A program made the translations under genes and the position numbers. 64,000 nucleotides of DNA from Octopus vulgaris (lineage: Eukaryota): contig OX597821.1 in the NCBI GenBank assembly GCA_951406725.2, positions 61,938,001-62,002,000 on the forward strand, read 5' to 3'. Position 1 is the stretch's first letter; each line of letters starts with the position of its first letter. Below, piece by piece: positions 29,290 through 43,434 of the stretch. The notes under the pieces were generated by a model. The model did not search any database, was not told where the DNA came from, and saw only the letters and a program-made list of their open reading frames with translations.

Positions 29290-29730
29290 GGGTACATGAC
29301 GTCACCAACTGGGTAAAAAACATGAAATACGAAAACAAAGAGTTACATACGCAAAAAGTGAGAGAAAAATGGAAAACAGAACAAGTAAACGACCCTTCAT
29401 CAGTTGTTGGCTGTGTATCTACTCCACATTTCGAGCGACCATTGAACGACAGCTACTCCCATAAATTCTTAAATAAAATTTAGGATTTATAGTGTCAATG
29501 TTGGGAACAAAAACAGGACAGTGGAGACATATAAGGAAAGCGAACAAGAACAAACATGGAGGGTCTTTGGACCATAACGAGAGGAAAATAGTGAAAGCTG
29601 GAAGAAATATTTTCTAAAAGATAGAAGAGAGAGAAAGAAAACATCCAGTCCTTTGAATGCCCATGCAATAAAATAAACACGTTCTGGTGAGGAAAAGAAA
29701 TATGGACGATGGACACTCGTGAACAACGAT
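29290..29730 (-). mobile_element. Probable PLE-derived non-coding repeat
   Basis: Purine-rich block between microsatellites. Minus strand has GCTCGAAAT...CTGATGAAGGG, but no convincing fold. Confidence 0.35.
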
Positions 29731-29763
<33 letters not shown>

Positions 29764-30402
29764 TATATATATATATATATAAGCAGATAAATAGAATGAT
29801 AGATATGCATATGATACATTATATAACTTATAGACACACATGCACACATACCCACACACAACGCACACACACAAACACACACAAACACACACACACACTC
29901 ACACACACACACACACACACGTATATAAATGTATTTTCTAAAATGGAGGCTTGAAAAATTAAGATATTTTCCTTCATTTCTTAACATGAAACCAATCACA
30001 AATAAAGAAATTACACGCACCAATATGGTGTTGATCACCTGCTCTCATAGTTTGGCATTTACGTATATATATAGATTCATGTATATGATACTGTGTGTAT
30101 GTGTGAATGTATGGAAACAGACAAATCTTTTTGTATTTGCCAGATTTCGGCGCAGGTACCGCTCTATAATTAGGAAGAGCGATATGCAACCAAGAGTTTT
30201 GTGCAAGAAGGAGACGTCAGAATAAGTACAAGATTTGAATTACCAATTGAGGCGGATATCGACTAATCTATTATGGTCATATTTAAATGGACGAAGAAAA
30301 TTTTAATGAAACGGATACACACTTTTATTGTATTCATATTAATATATCTAAACTTCTGTGTGCTTCAGCTCCAGAATCTATCAATATATAATCTTATTGC
30401 TG

Positions 30403-30506
<104 letters not shown>

Positions 30507-30886
30507 GTCTGTCTATCTATCTATCTATTTCACTATTTCTATGCCATTGTAGTTCACTTTTCTTTCTGCCTCTCTAATTCTCTTTTCTCTCTCTGTATGT
30601 AATATGCAGCCATCTTCCCTTTATAGATACATCTCCGACAAAGGGCAATGTAAGACTTTGACTATGTACTTCTAACCTCTAGGTTTTAGAAGCAGTCTTT
30701 CTAATCTATAGTACTTTGATGCAGAACACACATCTTTGATCGAAAGTTTTGAAACGAATTAAATGCGAAAAACCTATTTCATTTCAAGCTATTTTCAACA
30801 ATTATATCCTTCTGAATATACAGTAGAAGTCTACATAAAAATAAGTAAGCATATACCCGTACTTACATAGGCATACAAACACATAA

Positions 30887-30945
<59 letters not shown>

Positions 30946-31947
30946 CTGTGTGTGTATGTGCGTGTGTTTTTATGTTTGAATATGTGTGTATACAGATACA
31001 CACACATACACATGTATATAAATGCGCGAGTTCAATATGTGCAATGTATGTACTTGGTTACGCATTACACAATTTATAGTAGTTATATTTTAGAGATCTT
31101 TGTGAAGTTAGCTATGTAAGAAGGTATGTATGTAATTGAAGTATGGTAAGCTTTCAGAGGCCGATTACAGTTTTATACTCTGGAACAAATACGCTGACGA
31201 ATGTTTTAAGATATGTTACGAAATTCTAAAAACTTTTCTCACAAAGTGTATGTATTATATATGCATATATGCGCATGCTCTGACATACGAAATATATGTC
31301 AACTAAAACTTATTATCCAATGCTCTGTATTTGTTGCAGAAAATACAAATAGAGAGTAAAAATTATCAGGGCACTTAGCCAAGTCTATATTATTCATTTT
31401 TATTTATACATGTTTTATGTACTTTACTATGTAAAGAGTTATAAAAACTAATTCTAGGTCTAGCTTTCTGCAACACATTTTTACGAAAGACAACATATTT
31501 GTCAATCTTTTGAATAGAGAGTGTTTTGAATAGAATGTGTTTCTAAGAGCGACACTAAACAATGAATTCCATTGTAAATATTGTTTCTATAAAGCGACCA
31601 CAGCATATTCTCTAGCAGAAATGGATGGACATGGAAAACTATTTATCCATCTTTGTAACCTCATGCATGTTTAATAGATAATGAATGAATACAAATGCCT
31701 CAAAATAAAATAGTGAAAAGGAAAACTGTAGAGTAAGAATGGAACGTAATGAGCGTAAATTCTACTCTGGCAACGAGTAATGAAAAATATACAAATGTAA
31801 CAGTTACAGACAATTATACGTACCTTCATACACACACACACGTTCACACACACGCGCGTGCACAGAGACACAAACACACACACATACACACACATGCATA
31901 TATATATATGGCCTTGTTTACATATTTAGTAAAATATATTTATCTAT

Positions 31948-32375
31948 AAGAGAGAATAGTTTGCAAGCCATGCAGAATGCTTAGCAGAATTTCGTCTGTC
32001 TTTACGTTGTGAGTTCAAATACCGCCAGGGTCCACATTGCTTTCCATCCTTTTGATGGTCGATGAAATAAGTGAGTCTAGGACATTTACACCCCCCCCAA
32101 CATGGACAATTACTCTTGAGGACAACAAATGATGATTTAAAACTTCTTAAAATATTAGAGAGGGGGCAATTAACCAAGCAGGTAATTGGCCCAGTGGGTA
32201 GTTGTTGTCGTGGGAAATTACCCACCTAGGATAATTGGAGAGGGGCTAAATATCCTATGTGGCTAATTGTCCTGATACGGAAATAAGTACTTGTACCGCA
32301 GTGAGTTCGTTGTAATCGACTCTCACCTTCCCCAAAATTACAGTCATTGTAGCTATAGTAGAACACATTATTATT
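31948..32375 (+). mobile_element. Degenerate SINE family A copy split by a 207 bp insertion
   Basis: The SINE 5' half ends at GGTCGATGAAATAAGT (32072) and resumes at 32280 (AAATAAGTAC...TGTAATCGACT...CCCCAAAATT). Confidence 0.7.
32073..32279. mobile_element. MITE-like insertion with a 9 bp target-site duplication
   Basis: GAAATAAGT at 32064-32072 and 32280-32288. GGACA(A/T)TTA motifs on the left and TAATTG(TCC) motifs on the right. Confidence 0.7.
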
Positions 32376-32424
32376 ATTCAAACCCCAAAGAATCCCTCTC
32401 AACACATGGCTATGATGCTCAACC

Positions 32425-32426
32425 TC

Positions 32427-32489
<63 letters not shown>

Positions 32490-32522
32490 CACTACCACTA
32501 CTACTACTACTACTACTATTAC

Positions 32523-32553
<31 letters not shown>
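32425..32553. repeat. (CTA)n grading into (TTA)n
   Basis: Direct sequence; it produces the poly-L/poly-I at the start of the 268 aa ORF. Confidence 0.95.
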
Positions 32554-32554
<1 letters not shown>

Positions 32555-32704
32555 TCTCTTTCTCACAGGTTTGGAGCTCTTGAATCTTGCATGCGTAGCG
32601 AGATTACTACCTGTAACCTACCATATCATGCTATCATTCTTTTCAGCTCTCTAATACTTACCTGTTTATCCTGGTCATGGAGGCAAACATTTTGTAACAG
32701 TTCT

Positions 32705-34253
32705 ACTGGGAAGTGCTGGGAAGAAGGTACATTCCCTCAGGATATGCGGGATGCTAATATCATTACGCTTTACAAAAACAAAGGTGACCGTGGTGATTGT
32801 AACAAATACCGTGGAATATCTCTTCTAAGCACTGTTGGAAAGACGTTTGCTCGCGTTATCCTGGCTAGGCTACAACTACTTGCTTCTCGAATTTATCCAG
32901 AATCGCAGTGTGGCTTTAGAAGAAGCAGATCAACTATTGACATGATATCCTCCATACGCCAACTTCAGGAGATGTCCAGAGAGCAGAAAATGCCATTATA
33001 TATGGCCTTCATCGATTTGACAAAGGCCTTTGACTCGGTAAGTAGAAAAGGCCTCTTCATCCTGCTCCAAAAATCTGATGTCCACCAAAGCTGCTGAAGA
33101 TCATCAAGTCTTTCCATGATGATATGCTAGGCACCATACAGCACAATGGTTCAACATCAGCCGCCTTCCGAATATGAAACGGGGTAAAGCAAGGTTGTGT
33201 CCTCGCTCCTACGTTATTTGTCATCTTCTTCTCGCTCTTGCTGTCACGTACCTTTCAGACATCAGATGATGGAGTGTTTCTGCAGAGTAGAAGTGACGGG
33301 AAACTGTTCAATCTCTCGCGCCTGCGTGCTAAGACCAAAATCAGAAGCGTCCTGATCAAGGAGATGCTATTTGCTGATGATGCCGCTCTGGTATCACACA
33401 CAGAAGAAGCCCTCCAAAGGCTCATCAACTGTTTTGAGCAAGCATGTAAGGACTTTGGCTTAGCTATCAGCCTCAAGAAGACTAACATCATGGGTCAGGT
33501 TACATCGGACTTCCCAAACATACATATGGGAGACCACAGATTACAGGAGGTGGAGAAGTTTACCTATGTTAGCTCTACCGTCACCTACAACCTATCCCTT
33601 GACGCTGAGCTCAATATACGCATTGGCAAGGCAGCTGCTGCGATGGCCCAACTCTCCAAACGGGCATGGGACAACAATAAGCTGACCAAGACCACGAAAA
33701 TGAAAATCTAAAAGGCATGCGTACTTAGCACTCTACTGTATAGAAGTGAGACTTGGACGCCATACACACGCCAAGAGCGTCGCCTAAACATCTTTCACCC
33801 GCGCCGCCTCCGGAAAATCCTTCGCATCAAATCATATCCCCAACAAATATGTCCTCAAGCAAGCAGGAATACCAAGCATGTTTCACTCCTCACACAAAGA
33901 CGTATGAGATGTATGGGCATGTTAGCTGTATGAAAGATGGCAGAATCTCCAAGGACATACTCTATGGAGAGCTTGCTAGGGGTACTAGGTCTGTGGGAAG
34001 ACCGTTCTCATGTTTCAAGGATGTTTTCAGAAGGCACATGAAGGCCTGCAACATCAATATTATCAATTGGGAAGCAGTTGCCAGCAACTGTGGAGATTGG
34101 CGACGTACCGTAAAAGAGGGAATACAAAGGAGTGGCAGAGAAAGAGAGGAGAAATGGAAAGACAAGAAAAGGCGTCAACAAGAAACTGTGAGATTACAAC
34201 CAGCCAGGAACAGTCTTCGCTACATTTGTGGCACCTGCAATGTTTGTAAATAA
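32705..34253 (+). mobile_element. RTE-clade (BovB-like) LINE, 5'-truncated RT pseudogene
   Basis: RT motifs YKNKGDRGDCNKYRGISLLS, PESQCGFR, FIDLTKAFDSV, GVKQGCVLAP and LFADDAAL, with a C-terminal YICGTC. Frameshifts and stops at about 33075, 33175, 33709 and 33830. Confidence 0.95.
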
Positions 34254-34749
34254 GAGAACTATGCAAATATGTTACTGAATGTAGATTGTGAACTTGGGTA
34301 ACGTTATATGTTAGGATTTAAAGACTCAAACCTAATATGATTTCTCCATATTGTCAAATAATTGCATACTCGTACTGAAAACTATTACATTGGAAAGACC
34401 CAGTCCCACATTGACAGCCCATCGGAACTATCTCAACATTTTTTCCGAGAGCCATGAAGTTGCAGCCGATGACATGGTATATTAATCAAGAATTAATGAC
34501 GTAGAACGCAATAGACTCTGACGGCTTGCTGAAGGCCCTCATACGATATCCGTCAAACCAGACAATTTCTCTCTCTCTCTCACTTTATATATATGTGTGT
34601 GTGTCTGTGTGTTTGTGTGTCTTTGTGTGTGTGTGTGCGTGTGTATTAAATAAAAGTATCACGTCGTATGTGTGTGTATATATATGTATATATGTATATA
34701 TATATATGCATATGTATATATACACGACGTAGTTGGATGTATAAAAGAC

Positions 34750-35555
34750 AAAATAGAGTGAAAAAACTACAGAATAATTTTGTTATATTGTTGAAGAATA
34801 TATTTAAATCGTTATGTTAGAAAAATGTTATAAAAGTTTGTGTCTAATAACATTGTTTTGGGAGAAATAACAGGTTTCATATTTTCTTTTCAAATTTCTC
34901 AAATTTCTTTAGCGATATTGTGTCATCTCCTTGCTATAATGTGAAATATGTGAGTTCCAGACAGGGGAAGGTAATCAGGGATTTTTTCGGTGTGAGGGAG
35001 ATATTAAAAATGATGGGAATGACAAGGTTTTATTAATTTAACATGATTTGGTTTTGAAAGAACAGAATGTTAGAAGTGGTTAAGTTTTGCTTTATATTCT
35101 TTTCACTGATATAAGATTTGTTACTTAAAAATGCAAGAAATGGTTAAGTTGTGGCTTATATTTTTCAATGAAGTAGATTTCCGTATTTAATCTAACTTGT
35201 GTTGGTGTTCCAGTGGCACATTGATAAAATGGAAAGATTACAAATTGTTGTAGCAGTTGCTTTGTGCATTTCTCAATGTGTTCACTAAAGGGTATAATTC
35301 TGTAGTTTTGGTGGCATCTTGAGTATCTTATAACATAAATCAGGTTTTCTGAGAAGCAAGTCAATTCAGATTTGATTTTAAATTTTTGTCCTTCTTCGAT
35401 AAGGAAGTCTGATCCTTCTAGAAGATTTGGGCATGTTGTCAATTTGATCGACCACATTCTTTCACTTTTGCCTCCGTTATTTTAGACAATAATGTTGCTT
35501 TTGTGCGGATCTTTTTTAATGATTTCAGTTGTTTGTGGCTTTTAATGATCTTATA
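34750..35555 (-). mobile_element. Penelope-like element linker, GIY-YIG remnant and 3' region
   Basis: YKIIKSHKQLKSLKKI...VKECGRSN..TCP...LTCFSENLIYVIRYSRC...FIEKYKPQLN. The YIG segment is deleted. Related to 2575-2861. Confidence 0.85.
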
Positions 35556-35559
35556 CATA

Positions 35560-36220
35560 CACCAAACCCACGGGACATATAATTACGACCCATTATAGCT
35601 GGCCTAGCCCGTGAAACGCACAGACTAAGTCTATTTATGGACATCACACTGAAACCCTTCCTTAAACACATCAATAGCTATATCAGAGATAACTTGGACA
35701 TGTTAAATCACCTTCCCAAAAAAGTCAAGGGAGAAACAATCATGGTTTAATTTGAGTTGATTAAGTTATATACCAGTATGCCTCATAATTTTGGGCTAGA
35801 GGCAATTCAGTTGTGGCTGGAACAATATCCGGAAGAAATACCAGAAAGGGTCAGCAAAGAATTCATAATTTAATCGGTTGAATTCATCCTACAAAGCAAC
35901 AACTTCATGTTTGACAACACGTTTTATCGGCAATATTCCGGAATTGCTATGGGCAGTAGGGTAGCTCCGGTTACTGGGAACCTAACAATGGGCCATCTGG
36001 AAATAATAATATACCAGGAATCTTTATCTACCTGTGGAAACCCTCTTTCCCAATACATAAATGAGAATTGGAAAATATTCCTAGACAACTGATTCATCCT
36101 CCGGAATGAAAACACAAACGCCCGAAATTCAAATGACTATTGAACAGCGTCAACCCAAACATACTGTTCATAATGGACTACAACCAAAAGGAGCTCCCAT
36201 TCTTGGATATTCTGATCATA
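35560..36220 (+). mobile_element. Penelope-like reverse transcriptase remnant
   Basis: LRPIIAG, LKPFLKHINSYIRD, LYTSMPH, NNFMFDNTFYRQYSGIAMGSRVAP, WKIFLDN (decayed catalytic motif) and ELPFLDIL, with in-frame stops. Confidence 0.9.
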
Positions 36221-36927
36221 TGTTGATCATACGCGTAAGGCGTAGCGCCTCAATTCTACTTCAAACTGCGCATCGACATCGTAAAGAAATGGGATTCCTA
36301 GGATAATATGATTTTGAGTATACTATAGATTAAATCAATAGGTGAGGAGGATTATCAGCCTGCTCAATCAGGCGGACCTGCAATTAGATAATAATATGAG
36401 ACAAAGAAATTCATTCATTGGAATATATAATAACAGTATGCATTGACTTACATCTAATCCTGATGCGAGGACAAACAAAAATGTTCACACAAATATCATG
36501 GATAGTTTCGAGTGATTCACACAAATCTTACAATGTTTTTGGCATCTGGTGTATTGATATCACAGATATAGCTGACATTAGAGTTGGAATATTTAATCCA
36601 AGGAAATACAGTTCAGTAAGTTTCAAGTGACATATATTTCGGTTTTCTATTAATTTTGCCAGTTAATATTCTTCCCATTGAGATAGGCATTTATATGAAC
36701 CGACGAGATCTCTTTGCTCATAAATTAGCCCTTCTACTTGTCAACCTGTTCAACGATACATTGACGTTATCGTATTAACCCATATCTAGAACTCAGGAGA
36801 TTTTAATCAAAATTCTCGCGTGTTAGATTTCTTTATATTTTACTTCTTTTTTGTGGGGTGGTGACTGCCAACGAACAAGAAATTGCCATATTCAAACTTC
36901 TACAATATGCTGATGCCTAGGCATAGA

Positions 36928-37313
36928 GAATTTCGGTGAGATGATTTAAATAAAAATGATGAAAAGAAATATTGCATGCACATACATATATACATACACA
37001 CATACATACATGCACACACACATACTTAAATACATACTAAATACATACATACATATGAATTTCGGTGAGATGATTTAAATAAAAATGATGAAAAGAAATA
37101 TTGCATGCACATACATATATACATACACACATACATACATGCACACACACATACTTAAATACATACTAAATACATACATACATATGAATTTCGGTGAGAT
37201 GATTTAAATAAAAATGATGAAAAGAAATATTGCATGCACATACATATATACATACACACATACATACATGCACACACACATACTTAAATACATACTAAAT
37301 ACATACATACATA
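36928..37313 (+). repeat. Tandem triplication of a 129 bp unit
   Basis: GAATTTCGGTGAGATG starts at 36928, 37057 and 37186, and the copies appear identical. Confidence 0.95.
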
Positions 37314-37599
37314 CACACCCTAAGATATATGTGTGTGTGTTGTATATATATATGTATGCATATCTGTGTGTGTATATTTGTGTTTGTATGTGTGTGTGTG
37401 CGTATAAATTGCAAACTATTGTCAAATATGCCATGTTAAACTGAACAATCGTAGCATTGTCACAAGAAGTCAACTATTATTACAATACCGCAGGAAATTT
37501 CTCCATTGCAACTGCTCAAGGAATATTGAAAACAAAATTTTCTCAGCTATTGCTTACTGAATATCATCAGTTTTACCGATTTATATTTTAAGAATTATA

Positions 37600-37828
37600 C
37601 AGAAAAATAATGGTTTTAAACTTTTCACAGAAACCCAGCAATTTCTGGGAAGAGTTTAAGTCGTTTACCTCGAATTCTATGCTTAAACGGTACCTAGTTT
37701 ATCAACCCCGAAAGTATGAAAGGCGAAGTCGGCATCGGTAGGCTTTGAACTCAGAACGTGAGGACGGACGAAATGCCGCTAAGCATTTTGTCAATCGTAT
37801 TAATGATTCTCCAATCTCTCCGCCTTTA
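37600..37828 (-). mobile_element. SINE family A, degenerate
   Basis: ATCAACCCCGAAAGTATGAAAGGC...TTTGAACTCAGAACGT...GCCGCTAAGCATTT...CCGCCTT. Confidence 0.8.
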
Positions 37829-38402
37829 CACTGAGAATAAATCGAACCAATAAATACATGTGGTTTTGAAATTTGACGCCTAATCATGAATGATCGCGAA
37901 ACACTATAATGAATATTCTTGGTAGCACACATTTTACTTCAAGTGATATTACTCCAGATTATCTTAAACAAGCTGAATTCCAAGGTGTGAAACCGAGTAG
38001 TAAATTGGTTTCACAAATACGTTGCTACTATTTTTATATACTTGTGCGAATATATTGGGTTTCTCTATGTGATTTATTCTTTAGGACATTTGGTGTGCTC
38101 AACGATGATAGACAAAGTAGCTAGAGCAATTACTTGAGTATCAAGTGAATTCATAAGAGATGGGGATGAATTACATCATAGTGTAGGGTGTAGATAAGAG
38201 TTAAAATATTTTTACACTTGCAAATACGCAACGTGGATCAAGAAAAAATTTACCCCAGAACAAATAGAATTACAGCTCCATGGGTTAGAGGTCAATGACA
38301 CCGCAAACTTAAGATTTGGTAAAGAGAAAGTGATTGGAAAAACACAATTTATGTATATATGTATGTATGTATGCCATTGTGCATGTATATAAGCAATATA
38401 TA

Positions 38403-38955
38403 TCTATTATATAAAACTCTTTCTGTCTGTCTGTATGTGTGTCTTCAATGATCTCGGGCATCCTCCATCCGACTGCGCTCAAATTTGATATGTACATACC
38501 GAAGGTATCAGGGCGTGTACAAATCTTGAAAAAAAATACAAAAATCGATTCCAGGAGAGTATGCGATCGATAAAGCCGCTTTTGCCCTGATTTTCTTCCG
38601 CCAACCTGTACATAACTGCACCTTCCATTTTTTGTTGTTTTTGTACTGCTTAAAGGCACGTTTCTTTCCTGCCAAGCTTACATTTTAAACCATGTTTGTG
38701 TTCTCCCAGTCAACAGCGTTATCAGTACTGGTACCTTAAGCTCTTCGGTTGCATATATGTGTGAATAAATCGTTTTTCTTTGGAATAGAAAAAACGTTTA
38801 TCTTTATTTCTTCTTTTGCTGATGTTTCAAATTTAGGTTAAATCGGTGTTTCTCATAGGGGAAGCCTATGGGAGGGTCGGAAAAGTTGTTTTGAGAACAT
38901 TTGGTTTAAATGTTTGACAACTCAGCACCGTCCATTGGACAGGGGCGTTTTGCTC

Positions 38956-38956
<1 letters not shown>
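38403..38956 (+). mobile_element. Non-autonomous Helitron-like element
   Basis: 5' A|TCTATTATATAAAA, then (TCTG)n and CCGACTGCGCTCAAATTTG. The 3' end has a GTCCA-T-TGGAC inverted repeat and terminal CTCG|T (canonical is CTRR|T). Confidence 0.6.
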
Positions 38957-39034
<78 letters not shown>

Positions 39035-39912
39035 GTGTGTATATATAATGTAAGTTATATATTTAAATTATTCTAAATGACTTAAGAGACTCGTTCTGCG
39101 TTGGTTTCTAATTTTTCGTATAATATAACATATACCTGGTATAAAGAAATCATTTGTCTTTGATGTGCTCGTGACATTTCAAAAGCAAGTCCACTACAAT
39201 AGTTATGAGAAAAGAGACTGATGTATATTCCTATCGTGTCCTTGCTGTTTTTTTTGTAACTGTTTAGTAGTAATATATTCACTGAGTATATGGTTTGAGG
39301 GGATTTTATAGGAGGTAGCTCGCACAACTTGATCTGTTACATATCCACTTGAACTGGATATGTAGAGTGACATTTTTTAACAATACAAACTGCTTTACAG
39401 AAATGCATATATAGGGTTCGTTCATTCTATATCGATTCTGATACTCTTTATCTAATTCTTCTATAAATTAAATAAATCATTATGATTTATTACGGTGTTT
39501 ATCATAATTTGCAGAATCTATTTACTTCTGGTTTATGAACAAACTCTGATTACAAAATATAGAATTGCAGATACTTTTAGGATAGATGTGTAAAATTCTG
39601 AGATAGCTGAAGTTCATATTTTTGAAGTTGTATAATTATGACCCCCAAGGAGTCTATTTATTAGTTTTCGTTTCTTGTTTAGTAAAATCGAAAAGTAGTT
39701 TGAGAAAGAGTAGGAACTTGCAGATGGAGTCTGTACCATCTGTAGAGTGTCAATTCAAGGATCATGGGACACTTACCCAGGAGTAGCATTATTTTAGTTC
39801 GTTTTTGTTGATGCTGTTATATAATATCATAAATATCGAAAGTAGAAATGTTGCTTAAACAATGCAGTAAGCATGTTTGTACACACACACAGACACACAC
39901 ACATATATATAG

Positions 39913-39946
<34 letters not shown>

Positions 39947-40106
39947 CCATATATATATATATATATACTATGAGAGAACGAGATGGAAGAGAGAGACCTA
40001 ATAATATACATAAGTGTAGCCATATATAAATATACAAACATACATATGCACACATATGTATGTACGTATGTATGTATGTATGCATGTATGTATGTATGTA
40101 TGTCTG

Positions 40107-40164
<58 letters not shown>

Positions 40165-41136
40165 TACATGTGTATATATGTACATGTGTGTTCGTGTCTG
40201 AGTGTATATTAAGAGAAGCGTACGGGGGAATATGCAGAATGTTTGAAAGAACATGTGAGGATAATCACATAATAGCAATCTATTGGCTACGAGGTATCAT
40301 CTTCAATAATGAAATAACTAGACAGTATCAGATGCCATAATATTAAAATAAGCAAAATCGATAGAATACTAATATAGTAGAAGAGTCATTTGAGATTTTC
40401 GATTCCCACAATGCAATAGGTAGCGCACTGAAATCTTTCAAAGATTTGTATCAACATAGACTGTGCTGACTAAGAACTACACGTTAGCTTTCTAGTTTTG
40501 TTTATTTAAATACGTTTATATATACACATACGCCTCATAATATTCTAAATAATTCACATCGGACCATAAGCTGTTATTACGTTTGAAAGACTATGAGTGT
40601 TTACAAAATATTATTCTACATTGTTCGTCAACTATTTGAAAACATTCAGATACTAACTGGCACCGTGACAAAATGAGTTCATGGAGAGCGAGGCAATTTT
40701 GGCTGATATGGTATTCTGAATAATGGTTTAATTTCCAAAGTAATATAGGGATCGTTGCACTGTAAACTTGGTTTGATTTCGATTGTAATTCATTTCCTTC
40801 TTAAAAACGCTCTGCAAAATAGGATGATGCCGTATAAATAATAACCAATGAAAATTTCAAGCAGCAGATATACTTACGTACACTATCAGCTGTGTATGAT
40901 ATATGGTATATCACAAACCTTAAAGAGCAATAGGATTTGCATTTATTCAATGTGGATTTCTATCTTTGATATAATAAGGGGATTGATTTGGCAAAGTTAC
41001 AAATTATCTAAAATGTCGTTAGAATCTATAAAAGGGATTCGATACATATAATATATACAGACACACAATCCACAAATCAGGCATACATATACATACGTGC
41101 ATAAAACCATACTTATATGCATACATATATAATACA

Positions 41137-41168
<32 letters not shown>

Positions 41169-41329
41169 TATGTATTATCAATAATATCTAATCTCTATCC
41201 TCTCTCTTGGTTTTACACACACACACACATATATATATGTACATATATGTATGTACAAAGATACATGTATATAGGTGTGCTTGTGCACATATATGTACAT
41301 GTGTGTGTGTACGCGATAGTGTAGTGTAC

Positions 41330-41520
41330 TGAAGGCGCCTGGTATAGAGAAGTCACATGGCAACCATGATCGTTAGCTTTTGGTTTCTATTCCTGGATCG
41401 AGCGATGCGTTGTACTTTTGTGCAAAATACTTCTGTTGACGTTAGTCTAGTCCTCCCACCTAACGAAAGTCAGTACGTTTGTGATGTATCGGCGTCCCGC
41501 CAACGGGAGGTGAAATAAAG
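41330..41520 (+). mobile_element. SINE family C, degenerate
   Basis: GTTTCTATTCCTGGATCGAGCGATGCGTTGT.. matches 16995-17030. Confidence 0.6.
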
Positions 41521-41681
41521 GCAAAACATTCAGCCTATTTATTTGCCTATGGGCTGTGAACGATCTTTGATTCTTCTTGGTTATGCTTAAATAAATATAT
41601 ATATATATATGGGGGGGGTATGTGTGTGTGAGTGTGTGTGTGTGTCTGTGTGCGTATGCTTCTTTGCGTGTGTGTGTGTGT

Positions 41682-41975
41682 GAAGGTGCATGGCTTAGTG
41701 GTTACGGTGTTGTATACGCGATTGCGAGCGCGTTGGTTAGATTCACAGAGCGGGTTTGCGTCGTGTTCTTGAGAAAAGCACTTCATTTCACGTCGGTCTG
41801 CTACACTTTCGATATCTTACATGTGACACTCGTCGTAACCTGTACAGGTAATGTCGATCTGATGGAGGGAGTGAGCTTATGTCTACACAAACATTTGATC
41901 ACTATAAACAAATTTGTATGGTTGTTTGGTAAGAAATTGTCGAACCCTCATACATCATCTAACGACGGGAGAGTC
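41682..41975 (+). mobile_element. CORE-like SINE, family C head with a different tail
   Basis: GAAGGTGCATGGCTTAGTGGTT head and GTGTTCTTGAGAAAAGCACTTCATTTCACG core. The 3' half is unlike 17060-17200. Confidence 0.7.
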
Positions 41976-41981
41976 TGTTAT

Positions 41982-42120
<139 letters not shown>

Positions 42121-42139
42121 CACACATACACACACATAA

Positions 42140-42231
<92 letters not shown>

Positions 42232-43434
42232 CTTTAACGATTTGTTTCGTCGTTAATGTGCCATTCATATAGGTTGAATGTCACTGACCTCTTTGAAGTT
42301 GCTTCAGTATATTAATTATCTTAGAGTGCTCAATATAACGTAGTTGAATAGTTGGTGTCATTATCATGGCAATTTTAAAGAATACGAAAATAGAAGAGCC
42401 AAACAAATATTACTGAAATGCAAAAGCTTCTATATTACGCAAAGAAAAAAGATCGCTTTAGCGCCATTTTGATTTTCATCACAACTAAAATGTGAACTTC
42501 TATAGAAAAGTTATATTTATTTGCTTGACGAATATGGAGTATAAGTTGTATTCAAAACAAATATACAGATTTCAGGGGAGAATTTGCATAATACGCAGAG
42601 CGATCGTTGAGAAAGGTAGGTATAATTCATAAGTATTACTAAATGTTCAGGCTGTCCTGATAAATTGAAAAACGTTTGTAGATGTATGAAGCGCGTGTAT
42701 ATATTTCTATAGCGATCCCTTTAGTTTTTATTAATCTCTTCTCCGTGTCTCATAAAAATAATTATACTCAATCTGCTTTAGATGATGAATAAGGAAACAT
42801 TATCTATTATATTGTGTCCTTTCCATATACAAAAAAAGAAAACATGCGTTCACAATTTGACAGGGATTTAGAAGCTATGTCAGGAGATCAAGAGAAGAGA
42901 TACAAGTTGATCCATCGGAAGAATGGAGCGGTAGAGCGACAAATGGAACTTTTATTATATTCTTTTATTTCCAAAACATGCAATCGCACAGGAATACAAG
43001 GATCTTCAGATGGGAGAATGCTAATCCCTAGACTGCATTTCTGAATTAATAAGATGAGCCTCCAGGTCACATAAAAATCCATCTATTTTATATATGATAG
43101 GGAGTCGATAAAGTGCTAACAGAGAAAGTATGAAATGTTCATAAACATTTATTCTAACAGCCCAAAATTAAATGATTCAAAATAAAACAAACAATAATGG
43201 ATGTTATTTATAAGCCCTAAAATGTTAATGAAATTTAATCAAAGTTAATCTCAAAAACTCAAACGAATTTCAAGGTGATAGCATTCCGCCAATGTTTATA
43301 TACAAAGTGACACAAAATGTACTCAAACATGAATACTCATACCTATACGCATATCCATCCACACATAAGAACATACACGCTGTCACACTGCAAGCACTCT
43401 CATGCATACATCTCTTCACGCACATATCTATCTA

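Noticed and set aside
29395-29440. Type II hammerhead (GAAA...CTGATGA on the minus strand)
   Set aside because: Stems I to III could not be paired convincingly.
36928-37313. CRISPR-like or functional array
   Set aside because: Whole units are identical with no unique spacers, and the context is eukaryotic.
42814-43044. 76 aa ORF with ordinary composition
   Set aside because: No recognisable domain or supporting splice signals.
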